A DNA stretch of 64,000 nucleotides from Candidatus Gorgyraea atricola (GTDB lineage Bacteria; Omnitrophota; Gorgyraeia; Gorgyraeales; Gorgyraeaceae). Under the pieces are notes generated by a model, which worked only from the letters and a program-made list of their open reading frames with translations, made no database searches and was not told the origin of the DNA. The stretch covers positions 311,666 to 375,665 of the forward strand of contig JAVCCW010000029.1 of NCBI GenBank assembly GCA_030765235.1. The letters run 5' to 3'. Shown here in pieces: positions 11,719 through 21,192 of the stretch (position 1 is its first letter; each line of letters starts with the position of its first letter). Made by a program: the position numbers and the translations under genes.

Positions 11719-12457
11719 TCTAAAAAAAGTCTTTCCAAAACACAAGGTCGCTGCTGTTGATGGCGTGGATTTTTCTGTGTTTAAAGGTGAGATACTGGGC
11801 TTGGTGGGTGAGTCAGGTTGTGGCAAGAGCACACTCGGCCGGTCGATCCTGCGGCTTACAGATGCACAGGAAGGAAGAGTTCTCTATGAAAATGAGGACT
11901 TATTAAAGGTATCTAAGTCGCAAATGAGAGGGATGCGAAAGAATCTGCAGATGATATTCCAGGATCCATACACGTCTTTAGATCCACGCATGAGGACAGG
12001 AGAGACTCTGGAAGAGGTTCTTATGATTCACGAGAATTTTTCCAGAAAAAAGAGAAAGGCTCGTGTGATAGAGATTTTGGAAATGGTAGGACTTGGCGAA
12101 ACCTATCTAAAGCGCCTCCCGTCTGAACTTTCTGGCGGAGAGCGCCAGAGGGTCGGCATTGGTAGGGCCCTGGCAACTGACCCTGAGTTCATCATATGCG
12201 ATGAACCTGTGTCGAGCCTTGATATCTCTATCCAGGCGCAAATCTTGAATCTTTTAATGGATCTTCAAAAGACAAAAAATCTTACATATCTATTTATAAG
12301 TCACGATTTAGGAGTAATAGCGTCTATCTGTGACAGGGTTATGGTGATGCAATCAGGAAGATTTGTGGAAACAGGTCTATGCGAGGAGATTTTTAGGGAT
12401 CCAAAGCACGAATATACCAAGAAATTATTGCATTCTAGTAGTTTGCATTTTGAATAG
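11696..12457 (+). CDS. Peptide ABC transporter ATPase (OppF/DppF-like)
   Basis: [25 protein letters not shown]. Confidence 0.94.
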   Translation: MELIKVSNLKKVFPKHKVAAVDGVDFSVFKGEILGLVGESGCGKSTLGRSILRLTDAQEGRVLYENEDLLKVSKSQMRGMRKNLQMIFQDPYTSLDPRMRTGETLEEVLMIHENFSRKKRKARVIEILEMVGLGETYLKRLPSELSGGERQRVGIGRALATDPEFIICDEPVSSLDISIQAQILNLLMDLQKTKNLTYLFISHDLGVIASICDRVMVMQSGRFVETGLCEEIFRDPKHEYTKKLLHSSSLHFE

Positions 12458-12471
12458 ATTTGTTATATAAT
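12443..12471 (+). promoter_or_regulatory. Putative sigma70 promoter of glgC
   Basis: TTGCAT-17 nt-TATAAT, followed by RBS AGGAGG. Confidence 0.6.
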
Positions 12472-12496
12472 ATTGCTTCTATAATAGGAGGTTGAT

Positions 12497-13711
12497 TTGG
12501 AAAAGGTTCTTACATTTATAATGGCTGGTGGAAAAGGCGAGAGGCTTTCTCCTCTTACAGAAGAGAGGACCAAGCCAGCAGTGCCTTTCGGAGGGGTATA
12601 TAGGATCATAGATTTTACGCTTTCTAACTGCGTAAACTCTGGATTGCGTAGGATCCATGTGCTTACACAATACAAGTCCTATTCGCTTACAAGACATATC
12701 TCTGGAGGATGGAATGTCTTGAATGGCGAGCTGGGAGAATATATAGATATCATACCTGCTCAGCAGCGCCTTGATGAGAGCTGGTATCAGGGTACAGCTG
12801 ATTCTCTTTACCAAAACATCTATGCCATCGAGGATGAGAAGCCGGATCGCGTTTTAATACTCGCTGGAGACCATGTCTATAAGATGGATTATAAAGACAT
12901 GCTGGATTTTCATGCGGCCAAAGGCGCGGATGTTACTTTGGGTGTTGTGCAGGTGCCTGCTGAGACGGCGGCCAAGCTTGGTGTGTGCGAGATCAATAGC
13001 GAATCGAGGCTGGTAAAATTGACAGAAAAACCCGGCCCTGAGGCAGCTAAATTTAAGGGTTCAAAGGATCTATTTGTGTCAATGGGCATATATGTCTTTA
13101 ACAGGCTGGTCCTGGAGAATGTTTTATGCGAGGACGCAAAGAATAAAAAATCCTCGCATGATTTTGCCAAAGACATTATACCTATTATGCTCAAGAAATA
13201 TAAGATCTACACTTATAATTTCGCGCATAAAGAAGAAAATGAACCAAAATACTGGCGCGATGTCGGAGACATAGATGCATATTACGAGGCCAATATGGAG
13301 CTCGTGAAGATCCTGCCGCGTTTTAATCTTTATGACAAGGATTGGCCGTTCAGGACTTACCAGAAACAGTTCGGCCCGTCCAAAACTGTGTTTGCGCAAG
13401 GTAATGAAAAAAGGATAGGCATGGCATTGAATTCACTAGTCTGCAATGGTTGCGTAATAAGCGGCGGTAAGGTCAATTCGAGTATTCTTTCACCTAATGT
13501 CAGGATAAACAGTTTTTCAGAAGTGGTGGATTCTATTCTTATGGAAGGTGTGGAGATAGGTAGGCATGCTAAAGTCAAGCGGACGATCATTGATAAATAT
13601 GTTAAGATCCCGCAGAAGATGGAAATAGGTTTTGACCTGGAAAAAGATAAGAAGAGATTTACTGTTACGGATTCAGGCATAGTCGTCATACCAAAAGGTA
13701 CGGTATTGTGA
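12497..13711 (+). CDS. glgC: Glucose-1-phosphate adenylyltransferase
   Basis: AGGKGERLSPLT..RTKPAVPFGG, WYQGTAD, GDHVYKMDY, YWRDVG; TTG start with RBS. Confidence 0.96.
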   Translation: MEKVLTFIMAGGKGERLSPLTEERTKPAVPFGGVYRIIDFTLSNCVNSGLRRIHVLTQYKSYSLTRHISGGWNVLNGELGEYIDIIPAQQRLDESWYQGTADSLYQNIYAIEDEKPDRVLILAGDHVYKMDYKDMLDFHAAKGADVTLGVVQVPAETAAKLGVCEINSESRLVKLTEKPGPEAAKFKGSKDLFVSMGIYVFNRLVLENVLCEDAKNKKSSHDFAKDIIPIMLKKYKIYTYNFAHKEENEPKYWRDVGDIDAYYEANMELVKILPRFNLYDKDWPFRTYQKQFGPSKTVFAQGNEKRIGMALNSLVCNGCVISGGKVNSSILSPNVRINSFSEVVDSILMEGVEIGRHAKVKRTIIDKYVKIPQKMEIGFDLEKDKKRFTVTDSGIVVIPKGTVL

Positions 13712-13712
13712 G

Positions 13713-14162
13713 ATGATAAGAAAAGCTGTCATAAATGACGTAAAAGAGATACAGGAGCTTATAAACTTCTACGCAAAAAAGGACAAGATGCTCCCGCGTT
13801 CTGTAAATGAGCTCTATGAGAATCTCAGGGATTTTTTTGTATACGAGAAGAATGGAAAGGTCGCAGGCTGCGTGGCGCTTCATATCAGCTGGGAAGACCT
13901 TGCTGAAATAAAATCCCTTGCTGTAGTAGAGTCAAAGCAGAAACAGAAAATAGGCACAGCCCTGGTTGATGCGGGCCTTGAAGATGCTAAAAAATTAAAG
14001 GTAAAGCGCGTATTCGCACTTACGTATGTACCTAAATTTTTTGAGAAACTTGGGTTTAAGAAGGTAGAGCATTCAGAATTGCCACATAAGATCTGGTCAG
14101 AGTGCATCAGGTGCGTGAAATTTCCAGATTGCGAAGAGACGGCGTTGGTAAAAGATATTTAA
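13713..14162 (+). CDS. GNAT N-acetyltransferase, short ArgA-like N-acetylglutamate synthase
   Basis: MLPRS, LAEIKSLAV, VFALTY, LPHKIWSECxxC; other arg genes are in the window. Confidence 0.82.
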   Translation: MIRKAVINDVKEIQELINFYAKKDKMLPRSVNELYENLRDFFVYEKNGKVAGCVALHISWEDLAEIKSLAVVESKQKQKIGTALVDAGLEDAKKLKVKRVFALTYVPKFFEKLGFKKVEHSELPHKIWSECIRCVKFPDCEETALVKDI

Positions 14163-14253
14163 AGGCAAAGGCCTTTGCGACAAATATGTAGGTCACACAA
14201 TAGCAGCTTATAGCAGCTGTAGGGCACACTTCAGTGTGCCAAAGATATTTAAA
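14151..14253. repeat. 13-bp direct repeat enclosing small hairpins, including GTAGGGCACACTTCAGTGTGCC
   Basis: AAAGATATTTAAA at 14151-14163 and 14241-14253; GTAG-footed hairpin at 14219-14240. Confidence 0.7.
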
Positions 14254-14263
14254 ATTTCATATT

Positions 14264-15562
14264 ATGTCATATACAATTACTGAAAAAATATTACTGAAGC
14301 ATACTGACAAGAAATCTATCGTGCCTGGGGATTTTATCTACGCAGAGATTGATATGGCGCTTGGGAATGATATTACCGCGCCTATTGCCATAAAGGAATT
14401 CGAGTCTGCCGGAGCCAGGAAAGTTTTTAACAGAAAAAAGATCGCGCTTGTACCTGATCACTTTACGCCTGCCAAGGATAAGAAGAGCGCGGACCAGGCA
14501 AAGATCCTTAAGGAATTTGCCAGAAAGCATAATATAGAGAACTATTTTGAAATAGGCCGCATGGGTGTGGAGCACGTGCTTTTGCCAGAGCAGGGACTTG
14601 TCGGGCCGGGCCAACTCATTATAGGTGCTGATTCTCATACCTGTACGTATGGAGCACTTGGCGCATTCTCAACAGGTGTTGGCTCTACGGATCTTGCAGC
14701 AGGTTTCATAACAGGACGCGTATGGTTAAAGGTGCCTGAGAGCATGAAATTTATTTATTATGGCAAGCCTGGAAAATGGACAGGCGGCAAGGATTTTATT
14801 TTACACACTATTGGAGATATTGGCGTAGATGGCGCATTGTACAGGGCCATGGAATTTACAGGCGAGGCCATACGAAGGCTACCAATGGATGATAGATTTG
14901 CGATGTGTAACATGGCGATCGAGGCTGGTGGGAAGTCTGGGATTATTGAGGCGGATGATGCGACTATTAAATATTGCCTAGCGTCAGGGACAAGGGACCC
15001 CATACGAAAATCAAAGATTTCGTACGGGGCAGGCATGGGACAAGGGACAAGGAGTGATAAAGACGCCAGGTATTGTGAGACGCGGGAATATGATGTTAGT
15101 AAGATCGAGCCGCAGGTTTCTGCGCCGCATTTGCCTAGCAATGCCGGGGCTGTGAGCAAGTTTAAGAAAATAAATATAGATCAGTCAGTGATCGGCTCAT
15201 GCACAAATGGCAGGATAAGTGATCTGAGGATAGCTGCAAAGATCTTGAAAGGCAAAAAGGTTGATTCAGGAGTCAGGCTGATAATCATACCGGCTACACA
15301 AAAGATATATGTACAGGCAATGGAAGAAGGCCTTGCAGATATCTTTATTGATTCAGGCGGTGTTTTTTCAACGCCCAGCTGTGGGCCATGTCTTGGCGGA
15401 CACTTGGGTATTTTAGCAAAAGGCGAACGCGCAATCGCCACCACGAACAGAAACTTCCGCGGCAGAATGGGGCATCCTGAGAGCGAAGTCTATCTCTCGA
15501 ACCCAGCTGTAGCTGCGGCCAGCGCAATAAAAGGAAGGATAGCTCATCCTGATGAAATTTAA
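14264..15562 (+). CDS. leuC: 3-isopropylmalate dehydratase large subunit, with repeat-derived in-frame insertion
   Basis: GADSHTCTYGALG, IGSCTNGR, CGPCLG, TNRNF; ATG 14264 preferred. Confidence 0.95.
   Translation: MSYTITEKILLKHTDKKSIVPGDFIYAEIDMALGNDITAPIAIKEFESAGARKVFNRKKIALVPDHFTPAKDKKSADQAKILKEFARKHNIENYFEIGRMGVEHVLLPEQGLVGPGQLIIGADSHTCTYGALGAFSTGVGSTDLAAGFITGRVWLKVPESMKFIYYGKPGKWTGGKDFILHTIGDIGVDGALYRAMEFTGEAIRRLPMDDRFAMCNMAIEAGGKSGIIEADDATIKYCLASGTRDPIRKSKISYGAGMGQGTRSDKDARYCETREYDVSKIEPQVSAPHLPSNAGAVSKFKKINIDQSVIGSCTNGRISDLRIAAKILKGKKVDSGVRLIIIPATQKIYVQAMEEGLADIFIDSGGVFSTPSCGPCLGGHLGILAKGERAIATTNRNFRGRMGHPESEVYLSNPAVAAASAIKGRIAHPDEI
14986..15052. repeat. AGGGACA heptamer run with a nested CCTG-footed hairpin, inside leuC
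   Basis: AGGGACA units flank CCCCATACGAAA-N8-TTTCGTACGGGGCAGG (14998-15033). Confidence 0.85.
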
Positions 15563-16082
15563 AGGTAAGGTCTGGAAATTCGACAACGATGTAAATACAG
15601 ATGAGATCATACCCGCTCGTTTTCTCAACACGCAGGACCCTAAAGAGCTTGGAGAACATTGTATGGAAGACATTGATGCGGGTTTTTCCAAAAAGGTCTC
15701 TAAGGGCGATATAATCGTAGCAGGCAAAAACTTTGGTTGTGGTTCTTCAAGAGAGCACGCGCAGATCTCTATAAAAGGCGCAGGCGTATCATGTGTGATA
15801 GCAGAGAGTTTTGCCAGGATCTTTTACAGAAACGCGATCAATGTGGGACTTCCGATAATTGAAATAAAAGATACAGCAGATATAAAAGAAGGAGACTACC
15901 TGGAGGTAGACTTAGATAAAGGCACAGTTTTAAATCTAACAGAAGACAAGCAATATGAAACTCAACCGCTTTCCGGATTTATACAGGAAATAATTTCATC
16001 AGGCGGGCTTCTAAAATGGATCCGCCTTCGCCAAGGCTTCGGCGGACAGGTAAAAAGGAGGGGTTCCAAGTGCATAAAATAG
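15552..16082 (+). CDS. leuD: 3-isopropylmalate dehydratase small subunit
   Basis: DVNTDEIIP, NFGCGSSREHA, SFARIFYRNAIN. Confidence 0.96.
   Translation: MKFKGKVWKFDNDVNTDEIIPARFLNTQDPKELGEHCMEDIDAGFSKKVSKGDIIVAGKNFGCGSSREHAQISIKGAGVSCVIAESFARIFYRNAINVGLPIIEIKDTADIKEGDYLEVDLDKGTVLNLTEDKQYETQPLSGFIQEIISSGGLLKWIRLRQGFGGQVKRRGSKCIK
16021..16050 (-). repeat. CCTG-footed hairpin CCTGTCCGCCGAAGCCTTGGCGAAGGCGGA in the leuD 3' end
   Basis: TCCGCC...GGCGGA stem followed by CAGG; translated as RLRQGFGGQ. Confidence 0.82.
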
Positions 16083-17119
16083 CAGTTCTCCCAGGAGATG
16101 GAACAGGGCCAGAGGTTATCAGAGAAGGATTAAAGGTTTTGAAGGCAGTAGCTGAGAAAACAGGTTTTAAATACGAGACCGTAGAATATGATCTGGGCGG
16201 AGACAGGTACTTAAAGACCAAAGAGCTCGTGCCTGATTCTGTTTTAAAGGAGCTTTCTAAGGTAGACGGCATATATCTCGGCGCAATAGGCCATCCTGGG
16301 GTAAAGCCAGGTATCCTGGAACAGGGAATTCTTTTAAAACTCAGGTTTCATTTTGACCAATATATAAACTTAAGGCCAGTAAAACTCTATCCAGGTGTGT
16401 GGACGCCTGTGAAAGACAAAGGCCCTGAGGATATAGACTTTGTAGTGGTAAGAGAAAATACAGAAGGGCTATATAAGGGGCTCGGCGAATTCAAGAATAA
16501 AGGCACAAAGGATGAAGTCGCGCTCCAGATATCTCATAATACAAGAAAAGGTGTTGAGCGCTGTCTCAGATTTGCGTTTGAATATGCGAAAAAGAGAAAT
16601 AAGAGGAAGCAGCTTACACTTTGCGGTAAGACAAATGTTTTAACATATGCATGGGATCTGTGGCAGAGGACGTTTGATGACGTAGCAAAGGAATATAAGG
16701 ATGTAAAGACAGACTATACGCATGTAGACGCAACATGCATGTGGATGATAAAAAACCCCGAGTGGTTTGATGTTATTGTGACAGATAATATGTTCGGCGA
16801 CATTATTACTGACTTGGGCGCAATGATCCAGGGCGGCATGGGTATTGCTGCAGGTGGGAATATAAATCCGGAGGGCATCTCCATGTTCGAACCAATAGGC
16901 GGCTCAGCGCCAAAATACACTGGCAAGAACGTGATCAATCCGCTCGCAGCTATCTGCGCAGGTGGCATGATGCTCGAGTATCTGGGCGAAGAAAAAGCAG
17001 CAGCCATGATCGAGAAATCAGTAATGAAAGTAACAGGAGAAAAGCTAAAAAGCCTTTCAGCGGGAAAGATGGGATACTCGACTAGCGAAGTAGGCGACCT
17101 AGTCGTTCAAAACCTATAG
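16070..17119 (+). CDS. leuB: 3-isopropylmalate dehydrogenase
   Basis: PGDGTGPE, NLRP, VRENTEG, NMFGDIITD, FEPIGGSAP; GTG 16070 after AGGAGG. Confidence 0.94.
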   Translation: MHKIAVLPGDGTGPEVIREGLKVLKAVAEKTGFKYETVEYDLGGDRYLKTKELVPDSVLKELSKVDGIYLGAIGHPGVKPGILEQGILLKLRFHFDQYINLRPVKLYPGVWTPVKDKGPEDIDFVVVRENTEGLYKGLGEFKNKGTKDEVALQISHNTRKGVERCLRFAFEYAKKRNKRKQLTLCGKTNVLTYAWDLWQRTFDDVAKEYKDVKTDYTHVDATCMWMIKNPEWFDVIVTDNMFGDIITDLGAMIQGGMGIAAGGNINPEGISMFEPIGGSAPKYTGKNVINPLAAICAGGMMLEYLGEEKAAAMIEKSVMKVTGEKLKSLSAGKMGYSTSEVGDLVVQNL

Positions 17120-17127
17120 AGGTAATT

Positions 17128-18156
17128 ATGTCTAAAAAATATAATGTTGCAATAGTCGGAGCTACTGGGGTAGTGGGTAGCGAGTTTATAAAGGTATTGG
17201 AAGAGAGACGGTTTCCTGTTAAGGAGATTCGTTTGCTGGCATCTGGCCGCTCAAAAGGCAAGATGCTAAAGTTTTATGGAAAGGATTATGAGGTACAGGA
17301 GCTTACCAGGGATTCCTTTAAAGGCATTGAGGTCGCACTGTTTTCAGCAGGAGGAGGCATAAGTAAGGAATTTGCGCCTATTGCTGCAAAAGCAGGAGCG
17401 ATTGTAGTAGATAATTCCAGTGCATGGAGAATGGATCCGGAGGTGCCACTAGTAGTTCCTGAGGTAAATCCTGGCGCAATAAAGAGACACAAGGGTATTA
17501 TTGCAAATCCAAATTGCTCGACTATACAGATGGTAGTTGTCTTAAAGCCGATTCACGACGCTGCAAAGATAAAACGCGTAGTTGTATCCAGCTACCAGTC
17601 TGTATCTGGATGGGGCAAAGAGGCGGTAGATCAGCTTGATGCGGAGATAGAATCATACGTTAGCAACAAGCAACAAGCAACAAGCAACAGGGGGAGTAAA
17701 ATAAAGCGAGTGTTGCCGGCGCAGATCGCGTTTAATGTGATTCCGCATATAGATGTATTCTTGCCAAATAGATACACCAAAGAAGAGATGAAGATGGTAA
17801 ATGAGACTCAGAAGATCATGGAAGATACCAGCATCAAAGTCACTGCGACCTGCGTACGAGTGCCAGTAGTGATCTCACATGCAGAGGCAGTCAATGTTGA
17901 GACTGAGAAAAAATTAAGCGCGGACGAGGCTACCGAGATCCTGAAAAAGGCACCTGGCGTTGAGGTAATAGACGATATATCAAAAGAAAAATACCCCCTT
18001 CCTATAGATGCCGCAGGAAAAGATCCAAGTTATGTTGGCAGGATTCGCGAAGATGAATCCATAAAGAACGGTCTTAATCTCTGGATTGTCAGCGACAATC
18101 TGCGCAAGGGCGCAGCGCTAAACGCAGTCCAAATCGCCGAGCTCTTGATAGCTTGA
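17128..18156 (+). CDS. asd: Aspartate-semialdehyde dehydrogenase
   Basis: VGATGVVG, VDNSSAWR, IANPNCST, DNLRKGAALNAVQIAE. Confidence 0.97.
   Translation: MSKKYNVAIVGATGVVGSEFIKVLEERRFPVKEIRLLASGRSKGKMLKFYGKDYEVQELTRDSFKGIEVALFSAGGGISKEFAPIAAKAGAIVVDNSSAWRMDPEVPLVVPEVNPGAIKRHKGIIANPNCSTIQMVVVLKPIHDAAKIKRVVVSSYQSVSGWGKEAVDQLDAEIESYVSNKQQATSNRGSKIKRVLPAQIAFNVIPHIDVFLPNRYTKEEMKMVNETQKIMEDTSIKVTATCVRVPVVISHAEAVNVETEKKLSADEATEILKKAPGVEVIDDISKEKYPLPIDAAGKDPSYVGRIREDESIKNGLNLWIVSDNLRKGAALNAVQIAELLIA
17662..17689 (+). repeat. (AGCAACA)x4 inside asd
   Basis: Four perfect heptamers translated as SNKQQATSNR. Confidence 0.9.
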
Positions 18157-18157
18157 G

Positions 18158-18188
18158 AAAAAGCCGAGGCTGGACCTCGGCTTTTTTG
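18158..18188 (+). terminator. Repeat-derived hairpin with T-tract after asd (copy 2 of GCCGAGGCTGGACCTCGGC)
   Basis: AAAAAGCCGAGG-CTGGA-CCTCGGCTTTTTT. Confidence 0.72.
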
Positions 18189-18196
18189 ATAATCTA

Positions 18197-18940
18197 ATGG
18201 TACGCAATATCCGACTCATAATCGAATACGACGGCACAAGGTTTTGTGGCTGGCAGGCGCAGCGCAAGCGCAAGAGAAAGACAGTGCAGGAAGAGATCGA
18301 AAAGGCAGGGAAAAGACTTTTCGGAAAAAAGATTAGTTTAATAGGCTCTGGACGTACAGATTCTGGCGTGCATGCACAAGCCCAGATAGCAAATTTCAGG
18401 ATAGATTCAAACCTACCTCTGCGTAATATCAAAAAAGGTCTAAATAGCCATCTCCCTAAAGACATCGCGATCCTTTTAGCTGAAGAAGTAAAGCCAAATT
18501 TCCACGCTAGGTTCAATGCAAAAGAAAAACTTTACAAATATACAATCATAAATAGAAAAGTCCGCTCGCCTTTATTGAATAGACATGCAGCATTAGTTTT
18601 TTATAATCTGGATCTAAAAGCAATGCGAAAGGGCGCTGGCTATTTAATCGGCAAGAAAAACTTTAAATCATTCCAGACATCTGACAAAAAAGAAAAAGAT
18701 CCTGTAAGAAAAATTACAAGACTCAGCATCACAGGCAAGCTGCCTTTAATAGAGATATATATCCAGGCAAACGGGTTTCTCTATAATATGGTCCGTAATA
18801 TTGTGGGCACATTGATAGATGTGGGTAGAGGCAGGACAAAACCAGAGGCAGTTAAGGAGATTTTGAAAAAGCGGCATCGCGTATCAGCTGGCCAAACTGC
18901 CCCTGCAAAGGGGCTGTGTTTAGTTGAGGTGTTTTACTAA
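18197..18940 (+). CDS. truA: tRNA pseudouridine(38-40) synthase
   Basis: EYDGTRFCGWQ, GSGRTDSGVHA, FLYNMVR, TAPAKGL. Confidence 0.97.
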   Translation: MVRNIRLIIEYDGTRFCGWQAQRKRKRKTVQEEIEKAGKRLFGKKISLIGSGRTDSGVHAQAQIANFRIDSNLPLRNIKKGLNSHLPKDIAILLAEEVKPNFHARFNAKEKLYKYTIINRKVRSPLLNRHAALVFYNLDLKAMRKGAGYLIGKKNFKSFQTSDKKEKDPVRKITRLSITGKLPLIEIYIQANGFLYNMVRNIVGTLIDVGRGRTKPEAVKEILKKRHRVSAGQTAPAKGLCLVEVFY

Positions 18941-18942
18941 AG

Positions 18943-19012
18943 CCCCTTACCCAACCCTCTCCTCTGTAGGCCGGGTTTAAACCCGGCCTACAGAGGTGGT
19001 GTAGGGAGAGGG
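18943..19012. repeat. GTAGG palindrome (copy 2) nested in a CCCTCTC...GAGAGGG-type repeat
   Basis: CCCCTTACCCAACCCTCT[CCTCTGTAGGCCGGGTTTAAACCCGGCCTACAGAGG]TGGTGTAGGGAGAGGG. Confidence 0.85.
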
Positions 19013-19037
19013 AGAAAGGGTGAGGAGAGTATATGAC

Positions 19038-19523
19038 ATGGGCTACAAAGTCGCTTTAGAAAAATCATGGGAAGTGCTTCAGGAATCTGGGAAGAAAAGT
19101 GTAAGATTCCTAAACGACGAGTACGAAGTGGACTTTTCTAAAAAATCAGTCCTTTCATTGTCCTCTCATGTTGAGGCAAAGGAATATTATAAGATTTTAA
19201 TCCTTCATTACCTTGCAAATGAACACAAGGTTTCAAATATTGAGAATGATAAGTGGATTTCTTTCAAAGAATTAGAAGGCGGCAAGGAGTATTTTTCAGC
19301 ATTTCGTAACAGGGCGATAGAACCTATCCTGAGAAAATATGGAGATAGTTCTAAAGATGTATCTATCCAGATTTTTCCTAAGATAAATGTCCAGGTTAAG
19401 GTCTGGGCAAAGGACGAGGAGTTTGACGCAGATTGTAATATGCTATTTAACGAGAGCATTAAAGAGATCCTTCCAACAGAAGACGTAGCTGTTCTTGGCG
19501 GTATAGTAGCTTCGCAAATATGA
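19038..19523 (+). CDS. DUF3786-like protein
   Basis: ILILHYL, WISFKELEGG..YF, DEEF, LPTED pattern recalled for DUF3786; alternative start GTG 19020. Confidence 0.75.
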   Translation: MGYKVALEKSWEVLQESGKKSVRFLNDEYEVDFSKKSVLSLSSHVEAKEYYKILILHYLANEHKVSNIENDKWISFKELEGGKEYFSAFRNRAIEPILRKYGDSSKDVSIQIFPKINVQVKVWAKDEEFDADCNMLFNESIKEILPTEDVAVLGGIVASQI

Positions 19524-20317
19524 TGAAAAACATTATCTATATAATAATCGCTGTAGTCTTTATATTTGGATATATACGCTATTTTGAATATAAGTCGCTT
19601 TATTTTCCAATGAAGGAGATAGAGATCACGCCAAGCGCTGTGGGGCTTAGCTATGAGGATGTGTATTTCCAGGCTGAGGATGGTGTTAAGATTAATGCAT
19701 GGTTTATACCAGCAAAGGATTCGAGGTTTACTCTGCTATTTTCGCATGGCAATGGCGGCAATATAAGCCACAGGGTAGAGAAGATTTTATTTTTAAATGG
19801 GTTGGGCCTGGATGTCTTTATCTTTGACTATCGTGGATATGGGAAAAGTTCTGGCAGGCCATCTGAAAAGGGATTTTATAAGGATATGGATGCAGCGTAT
19901 GATTGTCTGGTGACTAAGAGAAAAATTTCACCGGAACGTATCATACCTTATGGTGAGTCTTTAGGCGGCCCAGTAGCGCTTGAACTTGCTCGAAAGAAAG
20001 AGGTAAGGGCCGTGATTACAGAATCCACGTTTAGCTCTACTATGGATATGGCAAAGGCGCTTTATCCAATATTCCCAAGTTTTCTCATGGCAGAAAGATT
20101 CGATTCGCTAGCTAAGATCAAAGACGTAAAAGTACCCAAACTCATTATCCACAGCAAAAACGACGACATCGTACCATTTAGCCTCTCTCTAAAACTCTTT
20201 AACTCCGCCCCAGACCCCAAAACCCACCTAATCCTAATAGGCAGCCATAACAGCGCTTACGTGGATTCAAAAGACGTATACCTATCAGGAATTAGTGAAT
20301 TTTTGAGAGGCTTATGA
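19520..20317 (+). CDS. Membrane-anchored alpha/beta hydrolase
   Basis: N-terminal TM, HGNGGN, DYRGYG, GESLGG nucleophile elbow, D..VP, HN. Confidence 0.92.
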   Translation: MMKNIIYIIIAVVFIFGYIRYFEYKSLYFPMKEIEITPSAVGLSYEDVYFQAEDGVKINAWFIPAKDSRFTLLFSHGNGGNISHRVEKILFLNGLGLDVFIFDYRGYGKSSGRPSEKGFYKDMDAAYDCLVTKRKISPERIIPYGESLGGPVALELARKKEVRAVITESTFSSTMDMAKALYPIFPSFLMAERFDSLAKIKDVKVPKLIIHSKNDDIVPFSLSLKLFNSAPDPKTHLILIGSHNSAYVDSKDVYLSGISEFLRGL

Positions 20318-21192
20318 AAACCAAAGTTTACTACGAGGTGGATCCGCATAATAGGCTTGTTATTAAGAGCCCGTCGAAGAAGTCTAATGTAAAGAAGTTT
20401 CGCAGGGTTGTTGAAGGCCGGTTTAGGGCAGATGGGAAAAATCGGCTGTATTACGAGGTTTTTAAATCTTCCAAGAGTGACACTCCTCAAAAGATAAAAT
20501 TTTCTGGCAAATATTCTCTGGATAAAAAGCATAATCTTATTTATACGTTAGATAAGTGGAGTAATCAGTGTGAGGGCAATCGACTTAGGTTAAAGACGAA
20601 ACTTCTGGATGCTGGAAAGAATGAGATCATGTTTTTAGTTCAGTCTCGAGATCCTTCTAAGGGTAAGAGGCGTATTTATACAATGAAGCTGCATGGCAAA
20701 TGGCAGGCAGATAAGAATAATAGGCTTTGTTTTGGGATAGAAAAGACCAGGAATAAATTAACCTTATCAAATGCATGGCAGATAAACAAGAACAATGAGA
20801 TAGTCTATAAATATGGCAGACAGCCAGAGGCTATTGTGTTAAAAGGTAAATGGCAGATAAGGAAAAAACATAGATTGGGATATGTCTTGGAGAAAAGACT
20901 CGATTCTGGATTTAACTTCAGGACATCGCTTGGCCAGATAGTGCCAAAGAAAAAAAAGACATACCTAAAGTTCGATGTTATTATAGATATAACAAAGAGG
21001 AAGAGGATAAAAAGAAAAATTACTTTTTGCGGTACGTGCAAGCTTACTAAAGATGGAAGGATTTTATTAGAAATGTCTCCTGGTAAAGAAAAGAAACTTA
21101 GCCTGAAATTAACAAAGCGCATGGCCTATATTGAGTCTTTTATTAAAGGCAGGGAAAGATATTTAGGCGGAGGTATTGCTTTTAGATGGTAG
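20314..21192 (+). CDS. Hypothetical, highly basic protein with internal beta-hairpin-like repeats
   Basis: 292-aa ORF overlapping both neighbours; about 7 G-x-[WFY]-x2-D-x2-N-x-L repeats. Confidence 0.8.
   Translation: MKTKVYYEVDPHNRLVIKSPSKKSNVKKFRRVVEGRFRADGKNRLYYEVFKSSKSDTPQKIKFSGKYSLDKKHNLIYTLDKWSNQCEGNRLRLKTKLLDAGKNEIMFLVQSRDPSKGKRRIYTMKLHGKWQADKNNRLCFGIEKTRNKLTLSNAWQINKNNEIVYKYGRQPEAIVLKGKWQIRKKHRLGYVLEKRLDSGFNFRTSLGQIVPKKKKTYLKFDVIIDITKRKRIKRKITFCGTCKLTKDGRILLEMSPGKEKKLSLKLTKRMAYIESFIKGRERYLGGGIAFRW

Noticed and set aside
14163-14263. Leucine attenuator or riboswitch upstream of leuC
   Set aside because: There is no Leu-rich leader peptide, terminator T-tract or recognisable aptamer; the hairpins match repeat types.
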